64,000 bases of DNA from Dehalococcoidia bacterium (GCA_965220545.1 CBDCQF010000010.1:24236-88235), one strand, 5' to 3'; shown: positions 7,379 through 15,733, counted from the stretch's first letter. The notes: generated by a model not told the origin, from the sequence alone. Numbers and translations: made by a program.

Positions 7379-8326
7379 CTAAGATGTCACCGAGGACGCC
7401 GAAGTGTGGCTCACGACCACCTGGTACTTCTTGGCGCCTCTTGAGGTGGACGACACTGTCTTGGTGGCAGCGGCGGACGCTGTCCCCAGGTTGGTCCAGG
7501 CGGTCCCCGACCATTCCTGCCACTGGTAGGTAGCTCCCGAGGGTACGTCTCCTCCAGCGGTGAGCGTGACCGTTCTCTTGTCCGCCTGTCCCGACAGCGG
7601 AAACTCCGGCGAGGACGTAAGGCTGATGACGACGGGCTTCCACTCGACGACGACGGCAGATGAGGTGGCGGTAGTCGCCTCAGCGCCCGTGCCGTAGGTC
7701 ACGGCGACACGGTAGGCCAGTACGCTGGCGGAGTCGGGGGAGGAGAGGTCCAGGGTGCTCGACGTGGACGCGCTTCCCTGGTCCGTCCATGCGCTTCCCG
7801 ACCAGCGCTGCCACTGGTAGGAGGTTGCGGCCTGGGTAGACATCGACGGCGCCGTAAGCGTCACCTGCTGACCGAGGAACGGGTTGGCAGGTGACGCCGT
7901 GGGGGCCGGGTTGGTCCAACTGACGCTGAGCGAGTCCGAAGTGGCAGAATCTCCATTGCCGTAGCTCACAGTGACTCTGAAAGCCCAGGTTTCGGCGCGG
8001 TTGGCAAGAAACGATAAGGTGTTCCCCCTCGCCCCATGGAGGTGCCAGCCGCCGCCCAGACTCATCTCCCACTTGTAAGAAGGGCTGAACCCTGTGGGTG
8101 CGTTGGAGACGGACGCGGTGAGGGTAACAGATTGTCCGGCCGTAGGATTGGCCGGGCTGGCGCTGATGGAAACCTGGAGTGATTCGGGGGTCGATGATGG
8201 CGCCGAGGACTCGACATTGAAAGACATGACGAACAGGACAAACAGGACGAAAGCGACGGCAACGGCAAGCGGGCTGAGGCGGATGAGCTTGGCGGCAAGA
8301 GACGGTTTCAGTTCAGATGCTGGCAA
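7379..8326 (-). CDS. N-terminal portion of the interrupted surface protein: membrane anchor/signal plus three Ig-like repeats
   Basis: TTG start at 8324-8326 with GAGGA 7 nt upstream. Hydrophobic segment LSPLAVAVAFVLFVLFVM, then three ~95-aa repeats carrying Y(K/Q)W(E/Q)xWSGxAWT and YRV(A/T)V(S/T)YG. Ends at TAG 7379-7381, inside the third repeat. Confidence 0.6.
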   Translation of the reverse strand: MPASELKPSLAAKLIRLSPLAVAVAFVLFVLFVMSFNVESSAPSSTPESLQVSISASPANPTAGQSVTLTASVSNAPTGFSPSYKWEMSLGGGWHLHGARGNTLSFLANRAETWAFRVTVSYGNGDSATSDSLSVSWTNPAPTASPANPFLGQQVTLTAPSMSTQAATSYQWQRWSGSAWTDQGSASTSSTLDLSSPDSASVLAYRVAVTYGTGAEATTATSSAVVVEWKPVVISLTSSPEFPLSGQADKRTVTLTAGGDVPSGATYQWQEWSGTAWTNLGTASAAATKTVSSTSRGAKKYQVVVSHTSASSVTS

Positions 8327-8460
8327 TAAGGTGTCCTCGCTACGGACGAAAGTCAGAGGATAATATCACGGTGTTTGAACTTATGTGTAACTTTAGTGTA
8401 ATTTTAAGGGTCAATTTCTATGACATCTTGTAACTTTCGCTGAAACTGGCATAAGGAGCC

Positions 8461-8497
8461 CCCGCTCACTCCCTTCGACAAGCTCACCATGAGCGGG
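8461..8497. repeat. GC-rich palindromic repeat unit
   Basis: In cccgctcactcccttcgacaagctcaccatgagcggg the terminal arms cccgctca and tgagcggg are complementary. It shares the 16-mer gctcaccatgagcggg with 25930-25945 and, in inverted orientation, with 4169-4183. Confidence 0.8.
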
Positions 8498-8507
8498 CAG
8501 GCGGGCA

Positions 8508-8535
8508 TTGACCATGCCAGAGCAGATGATAGAAT
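8508..8535 (+). promoter_or_regulatory. Sigma70-like promoter candidate for the hotdog paralogue at 8641
   Basis: TTGACC (8508-8513), a 16-nt spacer, then TAGAAT (8530-8535), about 105 nt upstream of the ATG. Confidence 0.35.
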
Positions 8536-8640
8536 CGCAGGGTCAGGCCGGATTGAGCAGTCGATTCAAGCTATCCCCTACCCCGCTAAGTCCGGCGGAG
8601 ACAATAACCAGCCTCACACAAGGCGCTAAGGAGCGGAGCA

Positions 8641-9978
8641 ATGACAACGCAGACTTTTGAAGAAGCAGTTGCAGAGTTTCTTTCCAGGTCACGGGAGCAG
8701 ATAGACCAAGAGTCCGATGAGAACCTGCCCCCCTGGATGCCCGCGCCTTATGACCAGTCCGGGCCTCCTTACGAGTACTCGCAAAGGTTCACCTCCGACT
8801 TCATCACCCGATACGCCCTGTCGATTGGGGACAACAACCCCATCTTCACCGACCCGGAGTACGGCAAGACCACCCGCTACGGCTGTCAGATAGCGCCGGG
8901 GCCGGCGATGGCCCTGGTGCGCTACCCGTCGGTGCACGGCGCGGTGCGTCCCGGCGGCTACCCGCTTGCCAACTTCATTTCCGGCGCGGCGTGGGAGTTC
9001 TTCGACGCCGTACGGGAAGGGACAAAGTTCCGCTCCTCCAAGGTAACAAAGGAGATATTCGAAAAGCCGGGATCCCGGGGCAACCTGGTCTTCTTCATCT
9101 CGGACAACCACTACTGGGACTTCCACGGCGATCTCCTGGGCAAGTGCTACGGCACACAGATCTATGTGCCCATGTCCAGCATGGGGAGCAGCCGCTCCAT
9201 GCCGGTGGAACGGCTCGGTGAGCAGATGCTATACGAGCGGAAGACGTCCCAGTACAGCAACGAGCAGATAGAAGATGTGCTCACCGAGATCAAAAACGAG
9301 CCGCGGCGCGGCGCGGAGACGCGTTACTGGGAGGACGTGGAGGAAGGCGATACCGTCGGTCCGGTGACCCTGTCGCCGTGGACGCTGCTGGACCAGGTCT
9401 GCTATCACTCGCTGAGCTATGCAACGGTATCGGGGCCGCTTGCCGGGGGCGACGAGCTTTCCTTCGAGCCCATGTACAAGCGGGCGCGGAAAAACGAGGT
9501 CGGCCACGTGCATCCCATCACCCGCTGGCGCGGCCCTGGCAACGAGCACGAAGACGCCCTCACCGCCGTCTACCGCGGACAGCCGGGCCCGTTCGACTTC
9601 GGCGTGCAGCGCACCCAGATGTGCGAGCAACTGTTCAGCAACTGGATGGGCGACGACGGCTTCATCCGCCGGCTGGTAATTGCTCTGCGCAAGCCGGTCT
9701 ACTATGGAGACGTGACCACCTACACGGGCGAGGTTGTAAAGAAGTTCAAGGACGTCCAGGAAGGCGAATCCGGGCAGGGCGCAGTCCCTGGGAAGACGGA
9801 GTATCACGCTATCGGCATCAAGTACCAGGGGCTCAATCAAGTCGGCGAGGCCCAGGTCATCGGCACGGGTACGGTCTATCTGCCGTCCAGAGAAGCGGGG
9901 CCTGTCCAGCTTCCCGTACCCCATGCGCAGCGACCCGCTTTCGTTCCCTACGAGACGTTCTACAGGGACTGGTACTAG
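8641..9978 (+). CDS. Double hotdog-fold (MaoC-N/FAS1-dehydratase-like) protein, paralogue 1
   Basis: 445 aa. The N-terminal half has YALSIGDNNPIFTDPEYGKTTRYGCQIAPGP, a hydratase-2-like motif with Phe in place of His. The C-terminal half has HPITRW...EHEDA...PFDFGVQRTQ...NWMGDDGFIRR...YYGD...GEVVKKFKDVQ. Ends in PYETFYRDWY. Confidence 0.7.
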   Translation: MTTQTFEEAVAEFLSRSREQIDQESDENLPPWMPAPYDQSGPPYEYSQRFTSDFITRYALSIGDNNPIFTDPEYGKTTRYGCQIAPGPAMALVRYPSVHGAVRPGGYPLANFISGAAWEFFDAVREGTKFRSSKVTKEIFEKPGSRGNLVFFISDNHYWDFHGDLLGKCYGTQIYVPMSSMGSSRSMPVERLGEQMLYERKTSQYSNEQIEDVLTEIKNEPRRGAETRYWEDVEEGDTVGPVTLSPWTLLDQVCYHSLSYATVSGPLAGGDELSFEPMYKRARKNEVGHVHPITRWRGPGNEHEDALTAVYRGQPGPFDFGVQRTQMCEQLFSNWMGDDGFIRRLVIALRKPVYYGDVTTYTGEVVKKFKDVQEGESGQGAVPGKTEYHAIGIKYQGLNQVGEAQVIGTGTVYLPSREAGPVQLPVPHAQRPAFVPYETFYRDWY

Positions 9979-10035
9979 GGCTGTCTTGGAGTCTAACGTC
10001 ACTCCCGAGAAGTCGGGAGTCCACTCCTCCACCCC

Positions 10036-10070
10036 TGGATGCCCGTCGTCACGGGCATGACGGTGGGGGT
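10036..10070. repeat. GC-rich hairpin repeat (cccgtNNNNacggg type)
   Basis: ggatgcccgtcgtcacgggcatgacggtgggggt with stem gcccgt/acgggc (10041-10056). Related copies lie at 15938-15975 and 4296-4340. Confidence 0.7.
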
Positions 10071-10082
10071 GTACGGCAGCTT

Positions 10083-10838
10083 ATGCAGAAGCGCACCATC
10101 AGGCTGACTACGGAGGCCTTCCTCCAACGGCCAGCCTTGGACACCGCCGTATCGCGGGCTTTGCTGCTGAACGTTGCTGATGGAAAAGAGCCTGAGACGC
10201 TGCGGCTCCACAGGCCTTCCGCAATCGTTGCGTTCGGACGGCAAGACAGCAGGTCGCCCGGCTATGAGGCCGCCGTTGAATCGGCCAGAGAGAACGGGTT
10301 CGAGGCGGTGCAGCGGCTGGTCGGCGGCAAGGCTGCCGTCTTCCACGAAGACACCCTTGCCTTTGCCTGGGCAATACCGGACGGGCAGCCCAAAGAAGGG
10401 GTTAAGGCTCGCTTTGAAGAGGCGTCCGGGATTGTGGAGGACGCGTTTCGAAGGCTGGGAGTGGAGGCGCGTGTAGGCGAAATTCCCGGCGAATACTGCC
10501 CGGGCGCTTACAGCGTCAACGCTCGCGGCGTGAAGAAGCTTATGGGGGTCGGGCAGCGCCTTGTTCCCAGCGCCGCCCACGTGGGAGGAGTGGTGGTCGT
10601 GAACGGAGCAAGCCGGGTCAGGGACGTGCTGCTGCCCGTGTACCGACACCTGGGGGTCGATTGGGACCCGGAGACTGCGGGCAGCATTGGAGATGAGGTT
10701 GGCGGCGTAACATACGGTGACGTGCAGCAAGCCATAATCGACGCCTTCTCCGCCAGATACGACATGGAAGAAGCCCCGCTTTCCGCCGAGACGGTGGAGC
10801 TTGCCAATAGGTTGGAGCCGGATCATGTCGTGCCATAG
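10083..10838 (+). CDS. Lipoate-protein ligase family protein (BPL/LplA/LipB domain)
   Basis: This is the 3' part of track ORF 9378..10838; the real start is MQKRTIRL at 10083. Motifs PALDTAVSRALL, LRLHRPSAIVAFGRQD, RLVGGKAAVFHE, GEIPGEYCPGAYSVNARG and KLMGVGQR are typical of the short LplA-like family. Confidence 0.65.
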   Translation: MQKRTIRLTTEAFLQRPALDTAVSRALLLNVADGKEPETLRLHRPSAIVAFGRQDSRSPGYEAAVESARENGFEAVQRLVGGKAAVFHEDTLAFAWAIPDGQPKEGVKARFEEASGIVEDAFRRLGVEARVGEIPGEYCPGAYSVNARGVKKLMGVGQRLVPSAAHVGGVVVVNGASRVRDVLLPVYRHLGVDWDPETAGSIGDEVGGVTYGDVQQAIIDAFSARYDMEEAPLSAETVELANRLEPDHVVP

Positions 10839-10880
10839 GGATGGCGCGTCCGGTCGCGCCTCTATTGCCCCCCATCCTAA

Positions 10881-10905
10881 CCTTCCCCCACAAAGGGGGG
10901 AAGGG
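10881..10905. repeat. GC-rich hairpin (ccttccccc...gggggaagg)
   Basis: ccttcccccacaaaggggggaagg is a perfect ~9-bp stem, located at the left border of the AT-richer HicB/GmrSD island. Confidence 0.6.
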
Positions 10906-10981
10906 ACTCTAGGGATGTCCGCCACACAGTGCTCCTGTATAATTCTGAGCAGAGTAATACCACTGCGAGGAAAGGCAACAG

Positions 10982-11218
10982 ATGGCCAGTAGAGGGTACA
11001 CCTTCGCTGCCAGTGTGGAACAGGACAAGGACGGACGCTGGAATGCGTGGCTCAATGAGATTCCTTGGTGCATCACCTTTGGCGATACAGAAGAGGAAGC
11101 TATGCGTGAACTACAAGATGCGGCATGCGCGGTTGTTGAGCACCTAAAAGCTACAGGACAGAAAATCCCTGAGCATGCCATTGACGATAGCCCGCAGCAA
11201 GTGTTAGTAGCAGTGTGA
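10982..11218 (+). CDS. hicB: HicB-family antitoxin-like protein (N-terminal HicB/UPF0150 domain only)
   Basis: 78 aa. YTFAASVEQDKDGRWNAWLNEIPWCITFGDTEEEAMRELQDAACAVVEHLKATGQKIPE follows the HicB core pattern. It has no DNA-binding extension, and I found no HicA-like ORF nearby. Confidence 0.6.
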   Translation: MASRGYTFAASVEQDKDGRWNAWLNEIPWCITFGDTEEEAMRELQDAACAVVEHLKATGQKIPEHAIDDSPQQVLVAV

Positions 11219-11234
11219 CCGAGAGGAGTTAGCA

Positions 11235-12998
11235 ATGGAAGCAGGCATACAAACACTATCCAGCCTTTTTGACACCCCTGTCTCATTCCGAATTCCTGTA
11301 TTTCAAAGGCCCTACGCGTGGACAAAGGAAAGGCAGTGGCAACCACTTTGGAGTGATGCTAAACGGGTCGCGGGAAAACTCCTTGCTGCCAAGCAGGGAG
11401 AAAAGATCCCGCCACACTTCATGGGAGCCATAGTCCTCCAGTTGCAGAGCGCGAAGTCTGGTGAAGTGGTAAAACGTATCGTCGTTGATGGTCAGCAACG
11501 CCTCACTACTCTTCAACTATTGGTTAGGGCAGCCCAAGAATCGTTCCAAGCCCTAGACGACACCCAAAGAGCCAACCAGCTGTCTAAGCTTACTCTGAAT
11601 GATGACCAGTACCAGGAAGGTGACTCTGACAGCGACACGAAAGTCCGCCAATCAAACGTAAATGACTTACATTCCTTCCAAGATGTGATCAGAGGATTAA
11701 TCGACGCTGGTAAGCCTTTGCGTTCTATTGGCGAGGCTTATCAGTATTTCAAAGAGGAAATCACAGACTGGCTTAACGAAGAACCTGCCAACAGAAATGC
11801 AAGAGCCGAGGCACTGACAACCACCCTTACCGAGTATCTGCAACTGGCCACTGTTGATCTTGACGAAGGTGAGAAGCCTCACTTCATATTCTCTGTCCTC
11901 AATGCCAGAGCTGAAACGTTGAAAGAGTCGGACCATATCAAAAACACCGTAATGTACGAGGCTAACGTGGTCGATGACGCAGCCAAGGCCACAGAGCTCT
12001 GGGGACCGTTCGACAGGAATGAGTGGTGGCGTGGGAGCACTAGTGAAGGTCGGTACAGCCGTATCCACCTTGATCGCTTTCTGAATTACTGGGTGGTTAT
12101 GCGAACTCATAAAGAAGTCAATGCAACCAGTGTGTCTACCGAATTCAATAGCCTCTTAGAATCCAATGGTCTGCCGATAGAACAAGTAGCCAGGGACATC
12201 AGAGAAGCTGGACAAGTCTACCAAGACTTGGAAGAAGCGAGGATTACAGGGATTGAAATCTTCCTGCGTCGCGTAAAGACCATGGAAATTGGTGTTGCTA
12301 TGCCAATTCTAATGTGGCTTTATACAACAGATATCCCGGACGACGTACGTAAGCGGAGTATCCGGGCCCTCGAGAGTTACCTTGTGCGACGGATGCTTTG
12401 TGGTGTTTCATCCCAAGGTCTCAACAAACTTTTCGTGGAACTCCTAACTAGAACAGAAACAACCGATCCCGCAACAGCAGATCAAATGATTATAGAATTC
12501 TTGAGTGGTCAAACCGTCGACAACCGCGAATGGCCCAACGACTCAATGCTGCATGATAATCTCGTTGGAACGCCATTACGAGGTGCTGTCGCAAGGCAAA
12601 TAATGGTGTTAGAAGCCATCGAGTCCCATCTCAGGAGCGACAAGACCGAAGAAATGAGTCAAGGTTCACTGACGAGAGAGCACATAATGCCCGAATCATG
12701 GCAGAGGAACTGGCCCTTGCCAGACGATGTGGACGGGGATGAAGCGACAAATACTCGCGATCAGGCAGTCAAGGAACTTGGTAACCTTACGCTTGTTACC
12801 GGAAAGCTAAATGCATCTCTGTCAAACGCCCCATGGAATCAGAAAAAGGGAACCTTAGGGAAACACACTACCTTGCGCCTCAATTGGGAACTACTGGATG
12901 GACAACCGGACGTATGGAACGAGGACACCATACGGAGACGCAGTAAACATCTAGCCAAAGTCGCTACAGAGATTTGGCCGTTCGCAAACAGCATTTAA
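11235..12998 (+). CDS. GmrSD/BrxU-like DUF262-DUF1524 nuclease (type IV restriction-like)
   Basis: 587 aa. DUF262 signatures FRIPVFQRPYAW and VDGQQRLTTLQLL. DUF1524 His-Me-finger-like signatures REHIMPESW and LGNLTLVTGKLNASLSN. RBS gagaggag; the start lies 16 nt after the hicB-like stop. The region is visibly AT-richer. Confidence 0.8.
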   Translation: MEAGIQTLSSLFDTPVSFRIPVFQRPYAWTKERQWQPLWSDAKRVAGKLLAAKQGEKIPPHFMGAIVLQLQSAKSGEVVKRIVVDGQQRLTTLQLLVRAAQESFQALDDTQRANQLSKLTLNDDQYQEGDSDSDTKVRQSNVNDLHSFQDVIRGLIDAGKPLRSIGEAYQYFKEEITDWLNEEPANRNARAEALTTTLTEYLQLATVDLDEGEKPHFIFSVLNARAETLKESDHIKNTVMYEANVVDDAAKATELWGPFDRNEWWRGSTSEGRYSRIHLDRFLNYWVVMRTHKEVNATSVSTEFNSLLESNGLPIEQVARDIREAGQVYQDLEEARITGIEIFLRRVKTMEIGVAMPILMWLYTTDIPDDVRKRSIRALESYLVRRMLCGVSSQGLNKLFVELLTRTETTDPATADQMIIEFLSGQTVDNREWPNDSMLHDNLVGTPLRGAVARQIMVLEAIESHLRSDKTEEMSQGSLTREHIMPESWQRNWPLPDDVDGDEATNTRDQAVKELGNLTLVTGKLNASLSNAPWNQKKGTLGKHTTLRLNWELLDGQPDVWNEDTIRRRSKHLAKVATEIWPFANSI

Positions 12999-13100
12999 TC
13001 TTTGCCCATGCACATTTGTGGCTAGTGTTATAATGGGCTGCGCTGTTCATTTGCAGCCACGGAATTGCCTGTGAAACTACCTACCATCGAAAGGACATGA

Positions 13101-14279
13101 ATGCCACAGTATCTTGAAGAGTTCCACCCCCCGGTCAGGCTCCTACTTGGGCCAGGGCCCAGCAACGTAAACCCTCGTGTACTTCAGGCCATGGCCGCGC
13201 CCCTGCTCGGTCACCTTGACCCCGACTTCCTGAAGGTCATGGACGACGTGCGGGACATGCTCCGCGTAGTCTTCCAAACCGACAACGGCATAACCCTGCC
13301 CGTTTCCGGTACGGGCTCCGCGGGTATGGAGGCCGCCGTAGTAAACGTCGTGGAGCCGGGCGACACGGTAGTGGTGGGGATCAACGGATATTTCGGTGAG
13401 CGGCTTTGCCAGATAGCAGAGCGCGCCGGCGCTACGGTGGCCCGCGTCGAGGCCGAGTGGGGCCAGCCTCTGGACCCCGACGCAATCAGCGCGGAGTTGA
13501 AGAACCACGCATCGGTAAAGGCCGTGGCCATGGTGCACGCCGAAACCTCCACGGGGGTGCGGAGTCCCGCCGAGGAGATTACCAGGGTTGCCCATGAGCA
13601 CGACGCCCTGGTTATCATCGATACGGTGACATCGTTGGGCGGCTTGGAAGTGGCCCTGGACAGGTGGGATGGGGACGTGTCGTACAGCGGCACCCAGAAA
13701 TGCCTGGGGTGTCCGCCGGGCCTGGCCCCCCTCACACTGGGAAAGCGCGCCGAAGAGGTACTGGCCAACCGCAAGACGCCGGTGCAAAGCTGGTACCTGG
13801 ACATGTCGCTGCTCAAGTCCTACTGGTCCGACCGCGCCTATCACCACACGGCTCCCATCTCCATGATCTACGGGCTGCGGGAAGGTTTGCGCGTGGTGCT
13901 GGAGGAGGGCTTGGAGGCTCGCTTTGCCAGGCACGAGCGCAATGCCGCGGCGCTTCGCGCCGGGCTGGAAGCGCTGGGGATGAAGCTGTTCGCCGATGAG
14001 GACAGCCGGCTGCCCACGCTGACCACGGTATGGATTCCGGAGGGCATAGAAGACGCAAAGGTGCGCCGGTCGCTGCTGGTGGACTACAACATAGAGATAG
14101 GCGGCGGCCTTGGCCCTGTTGCCGGCAGAATCTGGCGCATCGGCCTGATGGGCGAGAACTCAAATGCGTCAAGCGTACTGTCCGTACTGTCCGCGCTGGA
14201 GCAGTTGCTGGACAAGGAAGGGTACGAGGTAGCGCGCGGCGAGGGCGTTGCCGCCGCCGAGCGGGCGCTGTCGGGTTAG
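13101..14279 (+). CDS. Class V aminotransferase (alanine-glyoxylate / serine-pyruvate aminotransferase-like)
   Basis: 392 aa. LLGPGPSNVNPRVLQAM, TGSAGMEAA and the PLP-lysine context YSGTQKCLG. An extended -10 (tgtTATAAT, 13026-13034) followed by the hairpin ggctgc/gcagcc lies upstream. Confidence 0.8.
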   Translation: MPQYLEEFHPPVRLLLGPGPSNVNPRVLQAMAAPLLGHLDPDFLKVMDDVRDMLRVVFQTDNGITLPVSGTGSAGMEAAVVNVVEPGDTVVVGINGYFGERLCQIAERAGATVARVEAEWGQPLDPDAISAELKNHASVKAVAMVHAETSTGVRSPAEEITRVAHEHDALVIIDTVTSLGGLEVALDRWDGDVSYSGTQKCLGCPPGLAPLTLGKRAEEVLANRKTPVQSWYLDMSLLKSYWSDRAYHHTAPISMIYGLREGLRVVLEEGLEARFARHERNAAALRAGLEALGMKLFADEDSRLPTLTTVWIPEGIEDAKVRRSLLVDYNIEIGGGLGPVAGRIWRIGLMGENSNASSVLSVLSALEQLLDKEGYEVARGEGVAAAERALSG

Positions 14280-14316
14280 GGTGCTAGTAGGCCGCGTCAG
14301 CATTCGCTAGCTTCCT

Positions 14317-14976
14317 CTAGATTGACTTACTTATGACACCATTCATCCTTTTTCGGAACTTCTGTCGTGACTTTGCATTGTTTGTGTCTCTCAATTCGTC
14401 CAAGTAGGATTTGAACTCAGACTTCAATGCTTCATGAAACTTTGTGCGGTTAATTATCATCCCAGCATCCTTGTCTTGTAACAGATCGCACACTGACCAA
14501 ATCAGCCCTCCGTAACGAGTTCCTGCTTCGTGAAGTAGACTGTTTCGAAAGTTGTCGCAGAATCTACGGGCTAATTTCTCATTGAAATGTTTTGAAAATG
14601 ATGGACGTCCCGTTAGAAATTTGACGAACATATTGTTGGTGCCTGTTGGCTTACCATCAATGAAAGCCTGCAGCGTTTCAATAACAATGCAATCAATGGC
14701 AAGGATCGTGAAGCCAAACCTGCGATCCTTTGCTGCCCGCTTCTGATCTAGTTTAATGAGCTCATCAACAGGATCGAGGTAACGGCCCCTAATCCTTGAC
14801 TCAAGTATCTTTATAGCCTCACACCAGTCCGAACTATTTTCATTGTCTAGATCAAGATTTTTCCAGTCATCAATCGTGTGCCCGCTGGGTGCTATTTCCA
14901 ATGTGAGCCTCCTTATAAAGGAACTGCATTCATCTGGGGGTAGTATATGGCAGGAATCAAAAGCCAACCCAATCAC
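14317..14976 (-). CDS. Hypothetical protein with an R-N-x3-H (HEPN-like) motif
   Basis: Track ORF 14317..15018. The likely start is GTG 14974-14976 with AAGGA 5 nt upstream, which overlaps the upstream lipoprotein gene by 20 nt. Predicted mostly helical, with the motif [15 protein letters not shown]-rich. No family recognised. Confidence 0.45.
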   Translation of the reverse strand: MIGLAFDSCHILPPDECSSFIRRLTLEIAPSGHTIDDWKNLDLDNENSSDWCEAIKILESRIRGRYLDPVDELIKLDQKRAAKDRRFGFTILAIDCIVIETLQAFIDGKPTGTNNMFVKFLTGRPSFSKHFNEKLARRFCDNFRNSLLHEAGTRYGGLIWSVCDLLQDKDAGMIINRTKFHEALKSEFKSYLDELRDTNNAKSRQKFRKRMNGVISKSI

Positions 14977-15733
14977 AAGAGTCCTTGTAGGGACGTAAGG
15001 CTTCTGCCAAACCTTCAAGCTCGAAAGTAGCAGTAAGAATTAGGTCTGTGATTATTCTTGCCGATAATTCGTCTGAATTCATAAGACGCCAGATGAATCT
15101 CTTTACATCGCCTTGATAGAAGGTTGCAACCTCAGTGCTTGACCTATACCAACGTACTATCATTATTCTTCCATCATCTAAACGCCAAGTAACTTCTGGT
15201 TCTTGTTCTTCTATCTCATTTTCCCAGTTGATTAAAACTTCTGGATGGTTTGGGTTGCGTGGGTCAACATTACAGCGAATTACAAGCCGATACCTTTCAT
15301 TGGTGGACGAGAGACGAAGCGAAACCCCGTGCAACTCTGATAGAGGGTCTATGCCTCTATCATTAACATACCAGTCCCCAAGCGTTTCACTTACAGGCCA
15401 CGTTGGTATAGGCGTAGGCGTAAAGGTCGGTGTAGGGGTAGGACTAGGAGTCGGAGTAAACGTTGGTGTTGGTGTATGAGTGGCCGTCGCAGTTGGCGTG
15501 AATGTAGCAGTAGGTAAGGGCGTCGGAGTGGGTGTTGGAGTTGGCGAGGGAGTAGGGGTAAATGTCGCCGTGGGCAAAGGTGTCGGCGTTAGCGTTGGCG
15601 TAGGTACAAGAGTCGGTGTAGGAGTCGCTATCGGAGTGCTCGTAGGACTTGGAGTGGAAGTAGGTGTAGGTTCGGGTTCGGTACAGGCTACTAGAAGAAT
15701 CAACAAGGCAACAATCAGAAGCGTCTTCTGCAT
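14957..15733 (-). CDS. Lipoprotein with a ~95-aa Pro/Thr linker and an unknown C-terminal domain
   Basis: Lipobox [17 protein letters not shown], then a (T/S)P-rich linker with the internal duplicate [13 protein letters not shown], then a ~145-aa globular domain (WYVNDRG...[16 protein letters not shown]...). Confidence 0.7.
   Translation of the reverse strand: MQKTLLIVALLILLVACTEPEPTPTSTPSPTSTPIATPTPTLVPTPTLTPTPLPTATFTPTPSPTPTPTPTPLPTATFTPTATATHTPTPTFTPTPSPTPTPTFTPTPIPTWPVSETLGDWYVNDRGIDPLSELHGVSLRLSSTNERYRLVIRCNVDPRNPNHPEVLINWENEIEEQEPEVTWRLDDGRIMIVRWYRSSTEVATFYQGDVKRFIWRLMNSDELSARIITDLILTATFELEGLAEALRPYKDSCDWVGF
15398..15679 (-). repeat. Imperfect tandem repeats encoding the PT linker
   Basis: Plus-strand ggtgtaggNgtNgg-type periodic units, with a duplicated block encoding [12 protein letters not shown]. 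Confidence 0.8.

Noticed and set aside
7379-7381. The TAG as a pyrrolysine codon, prompted by the URO-D/MtaA-like gene at 24082.
   Set aside because: No pyl genes or methylamine methyltransferase genes are visible here. The host protein is a secreted structural or lipase-like protein, and two other genes in the window carry ordinary lesions. A nonsense mutation or sequencing error is more parsimonious. It is kept only as a check in the finding.
5609-7444. Very long antisense ORFs opposite real genes. Examples are 5609..7444 +, 9229..10032 -, 9999..10925 -, 13143..13934 -, 17698..18663 +, 19006..19803 +, 26168..26845 +, 33590..34198 -, 39356..40033 +, 45881..46630 -, 58212..59006 - and 59718..60356 -.
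   Set aside because: Their products are Arg/Gly/Pro/Ala-rich, low-complexity translations typical of shadow ORFs in high-GC DNA. In each case the opposite strand encodes a protein with clear family motifs.
9378-10082. 5' two-thirds of the 486-aa ORF 9378..10838, which overlaps the hotdog gene.
   Set aside because: It is out of frame over a well-supported gene and Arg/Pro-rich. The lipoate-ligase-like homology begins only at MQKRTIRL (10083).
10839-11234. Search for a HicA toxin partner around the HicB-like gene.
   Set aside because: No 55-90-aa ORF with HicA features appears in any frame on either side. ORF 10929..11147 overlaps hicB out of frame and is low-complexity.
15398-15679. Periodic repeats that might be mistaken for a CRISPR or minisatellite array.
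   Set aside because: They lie entirely inside an ORF and encode the Pro/Thr linker. The units are short (6-12 nt) and imperfect, with no spacer-like unique segments.
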